64,000 nucleotides of DNA from an uncultured Bacilli bacterium (GTDB lineage Bacteria; Bacillota_I; Bacilli_A; RF39; UBA660), in contig CAKPIT010000002.1 of assembly GCA_934162445.1 (NCBI GenBank), positions 11,101 to 75,100 on the forward strand. The letters run 5' to 3'. Within the stretch, counting starts at the first letter, position 1. Each line of letters opens with the position of its first letter. Position numbers and translations under genes: made by a program. Under the pieces are notes generated by a model. The model worked only from the letters and a program-made list of their open reading frames with translations, was not told the origin of the DNA and made no database searches. Shown in pieces: positions 19,889 through 29,716 of this stretch.

Positions 19889-20878
19889 TTATTCCTCCTT
19901 TTTTAGTTGTTGTTTTAGCCTCTGTTCAACTTTACTAATTTGAGTATCAGTAATTTGAACAGCACCACTGGTAGTAGAACCGCCGCCACCTAAGGGCGTT
20001 AAAATATTAGCGATATTATAATGTTCAAGACTACGACCACTGATTGATACTACATCTTTTGTGGTTTTGGCAATAACAAATGAGGCTTCAATATCATTAA
20101 AGAATAAAAGTGTATCTGCTATTTTGGCTAAGTCTTCTTTACGATATAAGCTATAAGGACTACCTTTCGCTACGGCTATTTTATTATCAATTATATCAAC
20201 GTTAGTAATTACTTTTTGTTGTTCTATATATTCTTTTAAATCCTGTTTTAAAAGATATTGAACTTTCTTAGTACTAGCCCCCATAACAGATAAATAGTAG
20301 GCAACATAATAGGTTGCAGAGGTTGTCTTAAGAGTGAAGTTATTGGTGTCTAAAACTATTCCTGATAATAATAGAGTAGCATAATATGGGTCTAAATCTA
20401 TTTTGTAGGTTTCAATTAAATTAGTAACTAATTCACAAGTACTTGAGGATGTTTGATCAACAATTTGAAAAGCATTAGTAATTGATGATTCTCCTAAATC
20501 ATGATGATCAACGATAATAATGTTTTCATCTTGAAAGTAGTCTAAAACTTGACTTGATTGTACTAAGTCCTTTTTATTAGTATCTAAGATAATAAGAAGA
20601 TTCTTTTTAGGACGCAAATAAAGATTTTCAGAAACTTGACTACTTGAAATGATATTTAAGCAACCATCTAATTCCGTTAAGACTTTGGCTACTCCAGTTT
20701 CATGATGTTTATCATCAATAATTAAAAAACAATTTTTCTTTAGTTTTTCCAAAACGGAATATAAACCAATAGAACTTCCTAAAGCATCTAAATCTAGATC
20801 TTTATGAGCCATTATGAAAATGGTTTTAGCAGTTTTAATTTTTTTCTTTAGTTTTTGTTCTTGTTCTTTTAATTTCAT
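19889..20878 (-). CDS. Stand-alone DHH/DHHA1 phosphoesterase in the gdpP (yybT) position
   Basis: [12 protein letters not shown] and IVDHHD motifs. The DHHA1 motif reads GGGGS rather than GGGH. Only 329 aa, with no TM/PAS/GGDEF part. Confidence 0.75.
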   Translation of the reverse strand: MKLKEQEQKLKKKIKTAKTIFIMAHKDLDLDALGSSIGLYSVLEKLKKNCFLIIDDKHHETGVAKVLTELDGCLNIISSSQVSENLYLRPKKNLLIILDTNKKDLVQSSQVLDYFQDENIIIVDHHDLGESSITNAFQIVDQTSSSTCELVTNLIETYKIDLDPYYATLLLSGIVLDTNNFTLKTTSATYYVAYYLSVMGASTKKVQYLLKQDLKEYIEQQKVITNVDIIDNKIAVAKGSPYSLYRKEDLAKIADTLLFFNDIEASFVIAKTTKDVVSISGRSLEHYNIANILTPLGGGGSTTSGAVQITDTQISKVEQRLKQQLKKEE

Positions 20879-20952
20879 TTTTTCTCCTTTTATCTCTTTT
20901 AATATTATATACTATTTTTAAGATTTTTGAAAGAGTCACATAAAAATAAAAA

Positions 20953-20975
20953 AGTAAATAGAGGTTCTATTTACT
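20953..20975 (-). terminator. Intrinsic terminator after rpsR
   Basis: agtaaatag/ctatttact stem followed by a U-run on the minus strand; overlaps the stop codon. Confidence 0.6.
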
Positions 20976-21186
20976 TAGTATATGGTAATAAGGCAATTGC
21001 TCTTGCTCTTTTTATTTCTTTTGCAATAACTCTTTGATGATGAGCACAGTTACCAGTTACACGACGAGGTAAAATCTTACCACGATCGTTAATATATTTT
21101 CTTAATGTGTCTACATCTTTATAGTTAATTTCTTTACCTGTACACATTAAGCAAACTTTCTTTTTACGACGATTAAATTCTGCCAT
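20971..21186 (-). CDS. rpsR: 30S ribosomal protein S18
   Basis: Conserved S18 sequence in the rpsF-ssb-rpsR operon. Confidence 0.96.
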   Translation of the reverse strand: MAEFNRRKKKVCLMCTGKEINYKDVDTLRKYINDRGKILPRRVTGNCAHHQRVIAKEIKRARAIALLPYTK

Positions 21187-21200
21187 AATTTCTCCTCCTT

Positions 21201-21695
21201 TTAAAATGGTAAATCTTCATCACTTATTTCTATGCTAGAACCAAAGTCTGCATAAGGATTATTAGAAACATTTGTTCCTTCATTTGATGATGAATCTTTA
21301 AAGTCATATGGAGTAGGTTCATTTTGAGGAACTTGATTAGTTCCATTAAATGATGATGGTTGTGAAGATTGATTATCTCTTTTTGAACCAATAAATTCAA
21401 CAGAGTCAGCTACTACTTCAGTTACATAACGACGTTGATTATTTTGATCTTCATAACTACGTACTTGAATACGGCCTTCTACTGCTACTTGACTTCCTTG
21501 AGATAGATAATTTTTCACACTTTCAGCTTGTCTACGCCATACTACAACATTAATAAAATCTGCTTCTCTTTCACCCTCGGCATTCGTAAATGTACGGTTA
21601 ACAGCAATAGTAAAACTAGCTACAGCTGTGTTATTACCAGTATAACGAAGTTCAGGATCTCTTGTTAAGCGTCCGATTAAAAATACTTTATTCAT
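21201..21695 (-). CDS. ssb: Single-stranded DNA-binding protein
   Basis: [21 protein letters not shown] fold; C-terminal acidic tip DEDLPF. Confidence 0.97.
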   Translation of the reverse strand: MNKVFLIGRLTRDPELRYTGNNTAVASFTIAVNRTFTNAEGEREADFINVVVWRRQAESVKNYLSQGSQVAVEGRIQVRSYEDQNNQRRYVTEVVADSVEFIGSKRDNQSSQPSSFNGTNQVPQNEPTPYDFKDSSSNEGTNVSNNPYADFGSSIEISDEDLPF

Positions 21696-21715
21696 TACTT
21701 CCTCTTTTCTTTACT

Positions 21716-22003
21716 CTAATCATCAATTCTAATGATTAAATGACGTAAAATATTTTCATTGATACGGGCAATACGATCAAATTCATTAATAGCTTCATTA
21801 TTAGCTTCAATAACATATAAGAAATAATATCCATTGTTATATTTGTTAATTTCATATGCTAACTCTTTTTGTCCCATTGCTTTTTCTTCAACAATTTTAC
21901 TTTTCTTATCAGTTAAAACCTTTTTTAGAGTTTCAGCTTCTTTTTTGATAAGTGATTCTTCTAAATCTGGTTTAACGATAAACATAACTTCATATTTGTT
22001 CAT
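21716..22003 (-). CDS. rpsF: 30S ribosomal protein S6
   Basis: MNKYEVMFIVKPDL; operon context. Confidence 0.96.
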   Translation of the reverse strand: MNKYEVMFIVKPDLEESLIKKEAETLKKVLTDKKSKIVEEKAMGQKELAYEINKYNNGYYFLYVIEANNEAINEFDRIARINENILRHLIIRIDD

Positions 22004-22114
22004 TTGTTACACCTCCTTTTGGACATAAGACCTATATAGGTAAGGAGCATTTAAAACACTCGCAAGTATTATAACAAAAAAAAATAAGGAAGTCTACTAC
22101 TTCTTTAATTTTTC

Positions 22115-23215
22115 TTAAACATTGAAACGAAAATGACAAATATCACCGTCTTGCATTAAATAGTCTTTTCCTTCAAGACGAGTTTTACCTTCTTCTTTGG
22201 CCTTTAATTCGCTTCCTGAAGTGATAAGGTCTTGATAAGAAACAACTTCGGCTTTAATAAAACCTTTTTCAAAATCAGTATGAATAATACCGGCACATTG
22301 TTTGGCATTCATTCCTTTTTTGAAAGTCCATGCTCTTACTTCATCTTTACCAACAGTAAAATAAGTTGCAAGTCCTAATAGATCATATGTCGCACTAATT
22401 AGAGCATCTAGACCACTTTTTTCAAGGCCTAAGGCTTCTAACATTTCTTGTTTATCTATATCATCCAACTCACTTAACTCTTCTTCAACTTTAGCACACA
22501 AAACGATTGTTTTAGCTTGACATTTGGAAGCATAGCCTTTGACTGTTTTAACATAATCGTTATCTTTTAGACCAATATCACTTTCACTAATGTTAGCTAA
22601 ATAGATAATTGGTTTATTAGTTAAAAAGTTAAAGTTTTTAATAATTAATTTTTCTTCTTTATTTAAGTCTAATAACCTAATAGGTATGTTCTTTTCTAAA
22701 GCATTTTGACATTTTTCTAAGGTTTCATACTCTAATAATTCTTCTTTATCTTTACTCATTCGGGCTTTTTTACTTATTCTACCTAAGCGATTGGTTATTA
22801 CTTCTAAGTCAGCTAGGGCTAATTCTAAGTTGATGGTTTCTATATCTCTTAGGGGATCAACTTCACCATCAACATGAATAATATTTTTTTTATCAAAGCA
22901 ACGAATTACTTCACAAATAGCATCTACCTCACGAATATGAGATAAAAACTTGTTGCCAAGGCCTTCACCTTTACTAGCTCCTTTTACAAGGCCTGCTATA
23001 TCTATAAATTCATAATTGGTCATTATTACTTTATTTGGATTATACATAACGGCTAATTTATCAATGCGTTCATCTTTGACGTTTACAACGCCAACATTTG
23101 GTTCAATGGTGGCAAACGGATAGTTTTCAGCTAAGATTTTTTGATTGGTTATGGCATTAAATAAAGTACTTTTACCAACGTTGGGTAATCCAACAATTCC
23201 GGCTTTTAAACTCAT
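22115..23215 (-). CDS. ychF: Ribosome-binding ATPase YchF
   Basis: GIVGLPNVGKSTLFNA; C-terminal TGS-like DGDICHFRFNV. Confidence 0.96.
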   Translation of the reverse strand: MSLKAGIVGLPNVGKSTLFNAITNQKILAENYPFATIEPNVGVVNVKDERIDKLAVMYNPNKVIMTNYEFIDIAGLVKGASKGEGLGNKFLSHIREVDAICEVIRCFDKKNIIHVDGEVDPLRDIETINLELALADLEVITNRLGRISKKARMSKDKEELLEYETLEKCQNALEKNIPIRLLDLNKEEKLIIKNFNFLTNKPIIYLANISESDIGLKDNDYVKTVKGYASKCQAKTIVLCAKVEEELSELDDIDKQEMLEALGLEKSGLDALISATYDLLGLATYFTVGKDEVRAWTFKKGMNAKQCAGIIHTDFEKGFIKAEVVSYQDLITSGSELKAKEEGKTRLEGKDYLMQDGDICHFRFNV

Positions 23216-23286
23216 AGTATCCCTCTTTTCTATTCGTTATTATATCATGTTTTTATTTAAAATAAAAGAAAAATACCTTGCGGTAT

Positions 23287-24885
23287 TTAAATTGTTGGAT
23301 ATACTTTTGGACCAATTGGAAGACCAATTAAGTACCAGATGATGGTTAATAAAATCCATGTTATAGCAATAATAGCAAAGTATGGCATAATGTGGCCGAT
23401 ACTGTTATGGATGGTAATTGGTTTTTCTTTGTCTTTATTATAAATATTCATATATCCTAGATAAATAGCAAAACAGCCTAATAATGGAGTTATTCCTGTA
23501 GTAATAGAGCTTCCTACTCGTAATATAAATTGAGCGAACGGAGCAGAAATATTAGCTTGCATGAAAGTTGGTACTAAAGTAGGAGCAAATATTTCCCATT
23601 TTAGGGATGGCGTTGGAACAAATAAATTGGCAATTCCAATCATGATGATAGAAAAAATTAGTAAAGGAAAACCAGTGAAACCAACGGTACCAATACTATT
23701 GGCACACCATATGGTAATAATAGTTCCAATATTAGTATGTTTAAAAATGGAAACGAATTGAGAAACGGCAAAAATAAGAAGTATCAATTCACCAATTGGT
23801 TCAAAAGTTTTCTTACATTTATTAATTATATCTTTATCATTTTTAACACTCTTAGCACCAATACCATAGGCTAGACCAACAACAATTAGGAATAAGCACA
23901 TCATGTAGGTAAATCCATCTTGGAAATAAGATGATTTACCAAACAATTGACCAAGATAAGTATCTTCTTCCATATCAAGAAGCATACCTGATTTAGGAAG
24001 ATTTGGAATAATCATATAGGTAAATAAAAGAATAATGATAATAGCGGCTATTAAAGCATATTTTAAGCCTTTTTTTTCGTTCATTTCTTTTTCTAATTTT
24101 TGTTGTTCTAATTCTTTAACATCACTGACTACTAATTCTTCAGTTTTAGACAATTCTTGTTTTTCTTTATAGCGACCAAAACGAGGAGCAATTATTTTCT
24201 CTACAATAATAGTACCAACAATTGATAAAATAATAGAAAAAGCAATAATGATGTAAAGATTTGAAGTTAGACTTATATGAGAGTTAGCATCAATTAATCT
24301 AGCAGCTGAAGTTGTATCGGGAATGAGATTAACTTCCATACTACCTACAAAGATGGAAACGCCATAACCAAAGGCTACTCCACAAAAAGCGGAAATAATA
24401 CCAATATGAGGATTACGATTATTTAAAAGAAATAATAAGGCCGATGTTGGTATTAAAAAGACATAACCAATATCGTTTATTAAAGATGAAATAGTCGCAA
24501 TAAAAATTATGATAAAGGTAACTATTTTTTTATCTATTTTTATGAGAACTCTTTTACATAAAGTATCTAGAAGCCCTGTTGCTTCTATGACACTCAAACC
24601 AATTAAGGTTAAAAGAAGAGTTCCTAGGGGAGCAAAACTTAAAAATGAGGTCATAGCATTACTGAAAATATACTTCATACCATCAAAGGTCAAAAGATTT
24701 TCAACGGTTACTAGGGTACTTTCTAATTCATTTGTAGTAGGACTTATACTGTTATATGTCGCTTGCATTTGAAGATTTGATAAAATTGCACTAAGTAAAA
24801 TAACAAATAAGGTTAAAACTATATAAATAGTAACGGGATGAATATAAAATTTCTTTAACTTAAGCTTTTTTTTGTTATTATGCAT
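23287..24885 (-). CDS. AbgT-family transporter (p-aminobenzoyl-glutamate / antimetabolite efflux family)
   Basis: 532-aa polytopic membrane protein with an AbgT-like N-terminus and size. Confidence 0.65.
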   Translation of the reverse strand: MHNNKKKLKLKKFYIHPVTIYIVLTLFVILLSAILSNLQMQATYNSISPTTNELESTLVTVENLLTFDGMKYIFSNAMTSFLSFAPLGTLLLTLIGLSVIEATGLLDTLCKRVLIKIDKKIVTFIIIFIATISSLINDIGYVFLIPTSALLFLLNNRNPHIGIISAFCGVAFGYGVSIFVGSMEVNLIPDTTSAARLIDANSHISLTSNLYIIIAFSIILSIVGTIIVEKIIAPRFGRYKEKQELSKTEELVVSDVKELEQQKLEKEMNEKKGLKYALIAAIIIILLFTYMIIPNLPKSGMLLDMEEDTYLGQLFGKSSYFQDGFTYMMCLFLIVVGLAYGIGAKSVKNDKDIINKCKKTFEPIGELILLIFAVSQFVSIFKHTNIGTIITIWCANSIGTVGFTGFPLLIFSIIMIGIANLFVPTPSLKWEIFAPTLVPTFMQANISAPFAQFILRVGSSITTGITPLLGCFAIYLGYMNIYNKDKEKPITIHNSIGHIMPYFAIIAITWILLTIIWYLIGLPIGPKVYPTI

Positions 24886-25081
24886 TATTATTCTCCTTTA
24901 CTATTACTTTTTTTAATTTTTTATTAAAATCTATTCTTGGTAAAAAAATTAGACGACCACAATTTAGGCACTTTAATTTTATGTCAGCCCCAAGGCGGAC
25001 AATTTCCCATTCATTACTACCACAAGGGTGACCTTTTTTCATAATAACGTGATCGTTTAAATGATATTCTTTATTCTCCAT
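24878..25081 (-). CDS. DUF951 (YyzM-like) small protein
   Basis: KKGHPCGSNEWEIVRLGADIKLKCLNCGR motif. Confidence 0.8.
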   Translation of the reverse strand: MENKEYHLNDHVIMKKGHPCGSNEWEIVRLGADIKLKCLNCGRLIFLPRIDFNKKLKKVIVKENNNA

Positions 25082-25880
25082 TATAAACCTCCATATGGGT
25101 TTTGGGTAAGTTGATATTGGCTTTTAATAAAGCTTTTTGAATATCTTTTCGCATTTTTCTTTCAACATCAAAATTTTGATTTGGTAAAGTCTTAACGACT
25201 ATTTTATATAAAAGCGCAGTTTCTGATATTTTATCAATACCCCATAGTTCACTTTTCCCTTTTAAATTCTTATAAGTTTCATCGATAGTTGCAAGGGTTT
25301 TAGTAATAACTTTATCTACTTTATCTAAGTCATTTTGATAATCTATTAAGATATCAACTTCGGCTAAAGAAGGGTTTAAACTATAATTTATAATTTCATT
25401 AATACTATGATTGGAAATGATTTTAACACTACCGTTATAATTTTTTATTCTAGTAGTCTTTAAACCCATGTTGATAACTTCACCACGAAAGCCATTAATA
25501 GAGACATTATCGCCTATTTCAAATTGATTTTCAAGAATAATGGAAATACCGGCAATAAAGTCTTTAGCAAGATCTTGAAAAGCGAGAGTTAAAACAGCAG
25601 CAATAATACCTAGTCCAGCAAAGATTTTACTAACATCGATACCAACACTACTTAAAATGATCAAGATGGTTATTAAAAAGATTATATATTTAATGCAGTT
25701 ATTGATAACTAGTAGAGATGTTTTAATTCGTTTTCTATTTTTTACAGATAATTTTTTTGTATTGTTCATTGTCTTTGAAGTTAATAAAGATAGAAGTTTA
25801 TATATGATATAGGCAATTCCCATATAGATAATTGGTCTTATGATATATATAAATAGATCTGTTTTTACAAATTCCTTCAA
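25071..25880 (-). CDS. Small-conductance mechanosensitive channel (MscS family)
   Basis: FQDLAKDFIAGISIILENQFEIGDNVSINGFRGEV. Confidence 0.88.
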   Translation of the reverse strand: MKEFVKTDLFIYIIRPIIYMGIAYIIYKLLSLLTSKTMNNTKKLSVKNRKRIKTSLLVINNCIKYIIFLITILIILSSVGIDVSKIFAGLGIIAAVLTLAFQDLAKDFIAGISIILENQFEIGDNVSINGFRGEVINMGLKTTRIKNYNGSVKIISNHSINEIINYSLNPSLAEVDILIDYQNDLDKVDKVITKTLATIDETYKNLKGKSELWGIDKISETALLYKIVVKTLPNQNFDVERKMRKDIQKALLKANINLPKTHMEVYNGE

Positions 25881-25893
25881 AATTATGACCTCC

Positions 25894-26778
25894 TTATTTA
25901 TCTAGATGCATTATTTCTAAAATTCTTGTTAAATCACTAGCACTGGTAAAGTTTATTTCAAGATGATTTTTAGTAATTTTTACTTTTGTTCCTAGTTTTT
26001 CACATAAATCACTTTCTAAATATGAAAATTCATTTGATTTATGAGTTTTAGGTTTGATTTCTTTTTTACGATGGAAATCTTCTTTAGATGTAGTTATTTC
26101 TTCTAACTTACGAACACTTAAATTTTCATTAATTATTTTTTCGGCTAAGTCTAGAGCCTGATCTTTGTTTTCTAATTTACTTAGGACTCTAGCATGACCC
26201 ATTGATAGTTCGCCTTTAATAATTTCATCTTTAATTTCAGCCGGTAAATTTAAAAGGCCAAGCATATTGGTAATATGGCTACGAGATTTTCCTACTTTAG
26301 TTGCTAATTCTTCTTGAGTTAGATTTAGTTTAGTTTTTAACATGTTATAGGCTTCAGCTTCTTCTAAAGGACTTAAATTTTCCCGTTGTAAATTTTCAAG
26401 AAGAGCTATTTCCATCATTTCTTCATCAGTTAAATCTTTAATAATAGCAGGAATTTTTGTTAAACCAGCAATTTTACTAGCTTTAACACGACGTTCTCCA
26501 GCTATTATTTCATAACCTTTTATGCTTTTTTTGGCAATAATTGGTTGAAATACACCATGTTCTTTAATGGATGCTGCTAATTCATTCAAACTATCTTCAT
26601 CAAATGTTTTTCGTGGTTGATATGGGTTACTTCTTAACTCATCTAAAGAAATTTCAGTAATTTGATTTTTAGGGGTAGTATCAATTATTTTTTGTTCTAC
26701 TTCACTCATACTAATTTGTTCGTTATTAAATAATTCTTCTAAGCCTCTTCCTAGGGCTCTTCTTTTAGTGTTCTCCAT
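25894..26778 (-). CDS. spo0J: Chromosome partitioning protein ParB/Spo0J (parS-binding type)
   Basis: RGLEELF, ISLDELRSNPYQPR and GERR boxes. HTH reads GKSRSHITNMLGLLNL...LSMGHARVL (Spo0J-type). ATG at 26778 follows an AAGGAAGTG RBS. Confidence 0.93.
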   Translation of the reverse strand: MENTKRRALGRGLEELFNNEQISMSEVEQKIIDTTPKNQITEISLDELRSNPYQPRKTFDEDSLNELAASIKEHGVFQPIIAKKSIKGYEIIAGERRVKASKIAGLTKIPAIIKDLTDEEMMEIALLENLQRENLSPLEEAEAYNMLKTKLNLTQEELATKVGKSRSHITNMLGLLNLPAEIKDEIIKGELSMGHARVLSKLENKDQALDLAEKIINENLSVRKLEEITTSKEDFHRKKEIKPKTHKSNEFSYLESDLCEKLGTKVKITKNHLEINFTSASDLTRILEIMHLDK

Positions 26779-27556
26779 TTCGATCAATCACTTCCTTTGC
26801 TAAATTTAAATAGGCTTCAGATCCTTTACTTTTAGGATCATAAACTATTATTGGCTCGCCATGGGATGGCGCTTCAGTTAGTCTTATTAAACGAGGAATA
26901 ATGGTATTGTAAACTTTTTCTTTGAAAAACTTACGGATATCATCTACTACTTCAAAACCTAGATTAGTTCTTGAATCTAACATTGTTAAAAGAACGCCTT
27001 CAATATCTAAATTGGGATTTAATTGTTTTTGGGCTAGTCGAACAGTATTTAGTAATTGCATAATTCCTTCTAGAGCAAAAAATTCACATTGAACAGGGAT
27101 AATAACTGAATCACTTGCTGTTAGGGCATTAGTCGTTATTAATCCTAGTGAGGGAGGACAATCAATTATTATAAAATCAAAATTATCATCTTGTAATTCT
27201 TGAAGATGGGTCTTTAATTGAGCTCCTTTGGCAAACCCCGGTTCACTTTGACTTTTTTCTAATAATTCAATGTCTAGACCTGCTAAATTAATGGTGGCAG
27301 GAAGAACATATAGTTTCTTATATTTTGTTTTTAACATTGCATCTTTGGTGTTACATTTGTTGGTTAAAACATCATAAATACTTAAATCAATATCTCCTTT
27401 ATTAATACCAACACCGGTTGTAGTATTACCTTGCGGATCCAAGTCTATTAATAACACTTTTTTACCTAAATATGCTAATGAGGCTGATAAATTTATACTA
27501 GTGGTTGTCTTACCTACTCCACCTTTTTGATTTACTAATGAAATTACTTTTGTCAT
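26765..27556 (-). CDS. soj: ParA/Soj partitioning ATPase
   Basis: NQKGGVGKTTT deviant Walker A. Confidence 0.96.
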   Translation of the reverse strand: MTKVISLVNQKGGVGKTTTSINLSASLAYLGKKVLLIDLDPQGNTTTGVGINKGDIDLSIYDVLTNKCNTKDAMLKTKYKKLYVLPATINLAGLDIELLEKSQSEPGFAKGAQLKTHLQELQDDNFDFIIIDCPPSLGLITTNALTASDSVIIPVQCEFFALEGIMQLLNTVRLAQKQLNPNLDIEGVLLTMLDSRTNLGFEVVDDIRKFFKEKVYNTIIPRLIRLTEAPSHGEPIIVYDPKSKGSEAYLNLAKEVIDRNGEH

Positions 27557-27642
27557 GTTATCACTCTTTCTTCCTTGTCTTATTTATTGTATCAAAAATA
27601 TATAATTATGAAAACTACTTTATTTAAAAAAGTAGACATAAT

Positions 27643-29007
27643 CTACTCTTTTGGGTCCTTAGCAATTTTGATAACTATTTGATAATTATTGACTAAATCC
27701 ATTTCATCTGTATCTATTTTGATACCACTTGCCTCTAATTTTTTAACAGTATCTCTTAAAATACTTATAGATTCATTAATAGTCATTTTAGGGGTTGCTT
27801 GGTCTTGATTATTTTGTTCAGTTACTTCTTGTCTAAAGATAGGATTACGAGCAAAAGGATTATTATATGGATCAACAGGAGCAATTGGTGGAGTTTTATC
27901 TTCTTGTTGATTCATTCCCGCTAATAATGTATCCATTGACGTACTAGTAGCATCATTGATATTAGGAGTTTCTGTTGCTACACTAAAAGGATCTGATGAT
28001 TTGATAGTAGTATCTGAAGCTGGAGATACTTTGGTTGCCTCTTGAGTTGGTTTCTCAGTTGGTGTTAAAGTTGTATCAAAGAATTTAAAGGTTGGTTCTT
28101 GAGAGAGACTACTCGTTTCGTGATTATCAACTGATAGGAAGTTAGCCATATTTGGTTTTTCTGTTTGAACATTTATATCTTGAGCATTATCTTTTAATTC
28201 ATTGATATCTATTGGTTTTGTGGCGGTACTTTCTAAATTATCAGTAGTACTTGGAGTATCGTAGTCAATAAATTTAGGAGGAGTTGAATAATCTATACCA
28301 ACATTTTGATTAAAGTCATTTGTTGGTTGTGTTAATGGTGTAGTACTTACTTTTGGGGTATTTAATAAGTTTTCAACTTCATTAACACTTATTTTTTCCT
28401 CTTTTGGTTTGATTTTATCTTCTAGTTCTCTTACAGTCATTTTATTTGCTATTACTTCTTTCAATAATTTTTTTTGCTCTTCAGGCTCTACACTTAAAAG
28501 AGTTCTAGCATGACGTTCTGAAATTTCATCTTTTAATAGAGCATCTTGAACTTCATCAGTTAAAGATAAAAGACGTAGTTTATTGGCTACAGCACTTTGA
28601 CTTTTGCCCATAGTTTTTGCTAGTTCTTCTTGCGTCATTTGATCTAATTCAAGAATTTTTTGATAAGTTTTAGCTTCTTCAATTGGATTTAGATTTTTCC
28701 GTTGAAGATTTTCTAAAAGAGCAACTTTACTACTTTCTTTATCATCTAAATTGCGAACAATAGCAGGAATTTTGGTTAAACCAGCTAAAGCTGATGCTTT
28801 ATACCGTCTTTCGCCAGCTATTATTTCATATTTATTGCCAATATTACGGACAATTATGGGTTGGATTACACCATGTTCTTTGATAGAAACTGCTAATTCT
28901 TTTAAAGCTTTTTCATCAAATACTTGTCGTGGTTGAAATCTATTTGGAATTATATCATCTAAGTGTAAATATACTACTTCATTATCTTTTTGATCTATCA
29001 TTTTCAT
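27643..29007 (-). CDS. noc: Noc-type ParB paralogue (nucleoid occlusion protein homologue) with atypical architecture
   Basis: Sits between rsmG and soj, as noc does in Bacillus. IPNRFQPR and GERR boxes. HTH reads GKSQSAVANKLRLLSL...ISERHARTL (Noc-type). About 200 aa of T/P/S/N-rich linker precede a small C-terminal domain. Confidence 0.8.
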   Translation of the reverse strand: MKMIDQKDNEVVYLHLDDIIPNRFQPRQVFDEKALKELAVSIKEHGVIQPIIVRNIGNKYEIIAGERRYKASALAGLTKIPAIVRNLDDKESSKVALLENLQRKNLNPIEEAKTYQKILELDQMTQEELAKTMGKSQSAVANKLRLLSLTDEVQDALLKDEISERHARTLLSVEPEEQKKLLKEVIANKMTVRELEDKIKPKEEKISVNEVENLLNTPKVSTTPLTQPTNDFNQNVGIDYSTPPKFIDYDTPSTTDNLESTATKPIDINELKDNAQDINVQTEKPNMANFLSVDNHETSSLSQEPTFKFFDTTLTPTEKPTQEATKVSPASDTTIKSSDPFSVATETPNINDATSTSMDTLLAGMNQQEDKTPPIAPVDPYNNPFARNPIFRQEVTEQNNQDQATPKMTINESISILRDTVKKLEASGIKIDTDEMDLVNNYQIVIKIAKDPKE

Positions 29008-29071
29008 CCCTCTTTTATCTTTTTTATTTTTCTACTAGTAACAGTATAGCATTTTTTTTAAAAGGATGCCA

Positions 29072-29716
29072 CTAATATTTACTGATTTTTAAAATTGTTC
29101 TTTGTGATTGTTCAATAGGAAGATTAAAAGTTATTTCATCATCTAGATGATAATGGTATTTTTTGAAAAGAGGAAGAGCTTCTTTTAGTTCAGTTTCAAT
29201 GTTTCCTTTCATGGCTAGAAAGCAACCACTGGGTTTTACTAAAGGCATAGTCCAATTTAAAAGTTTAGGAAGAGAAGCGACGGCTCTTGCCGTTACAATA
29301 TCAAATTTAGCTTGTTTTTTGATTAGGTCTTCTGCTCTTATATGGTAAGCTTTAATATTTTTTAAATCTAGTTTTTTTATTACTTCATTTAAGTAATCTA
29401 CACGTTTTTGTCTAGCATCTATTAAAGTTATATCTAAATTTGGAAAAAAGATTTTTAAAACTATTCCGGGAAACCCTGCTCCGCTACCAACATCACAAAG
29501 GGTTTGAAACTTACTAAGATCTAAGGCTTTAAAAAGAGTGAGACTATCATAGAAGTGTTTTAAATAAACATCTTCTTTAGTAGTTATTCTAGTTAAATTC
29601 ATATACTGATTTTTAGCTATTAATATTTCATAAAATTTGTTTAGGGATGAAGCTTTTTCTTCAGTTAAATTTAGGCCAAGTTTATTAAGTTCTAGAGCAA
29701 ATTCTTGTTCAGTCAT
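29072..29716 (-). CDS. rsmG: 16S rRNA (guanine527-N7)-methyltransferase RsmG/GidB
   Basis: DVGSGAGFPGI SAM motif; synteny. Confidence 0.95.
   Translation of the reverse strand: MTEQEFALELNKLGLNLTEEKASSLNKFYEILIAKNQYMNLTRITTKEDVYLKHFYDSLTLFKALDLSKFQTLCDVGSGAGFPGIVLKIFFPNLDITLIDARQKRVDYLNEVIKKLDLKNIKAYHIRAEDLIKKQAKFDIVTARAVASLPKLLNWTMPLVKPSGCFLAMKGNIETELKEALPLFKKYHYHLDDEITFNLPIEQSQRTILKISKY

Noticed and set aside
22004-22114. Possible S6:S18-binding regulatory leader upstream of rpsF
   Set aside because: A 5' UTR of suitable length exists, but I could not recognise the conserved motif by eye. It needs a covariance-model search.
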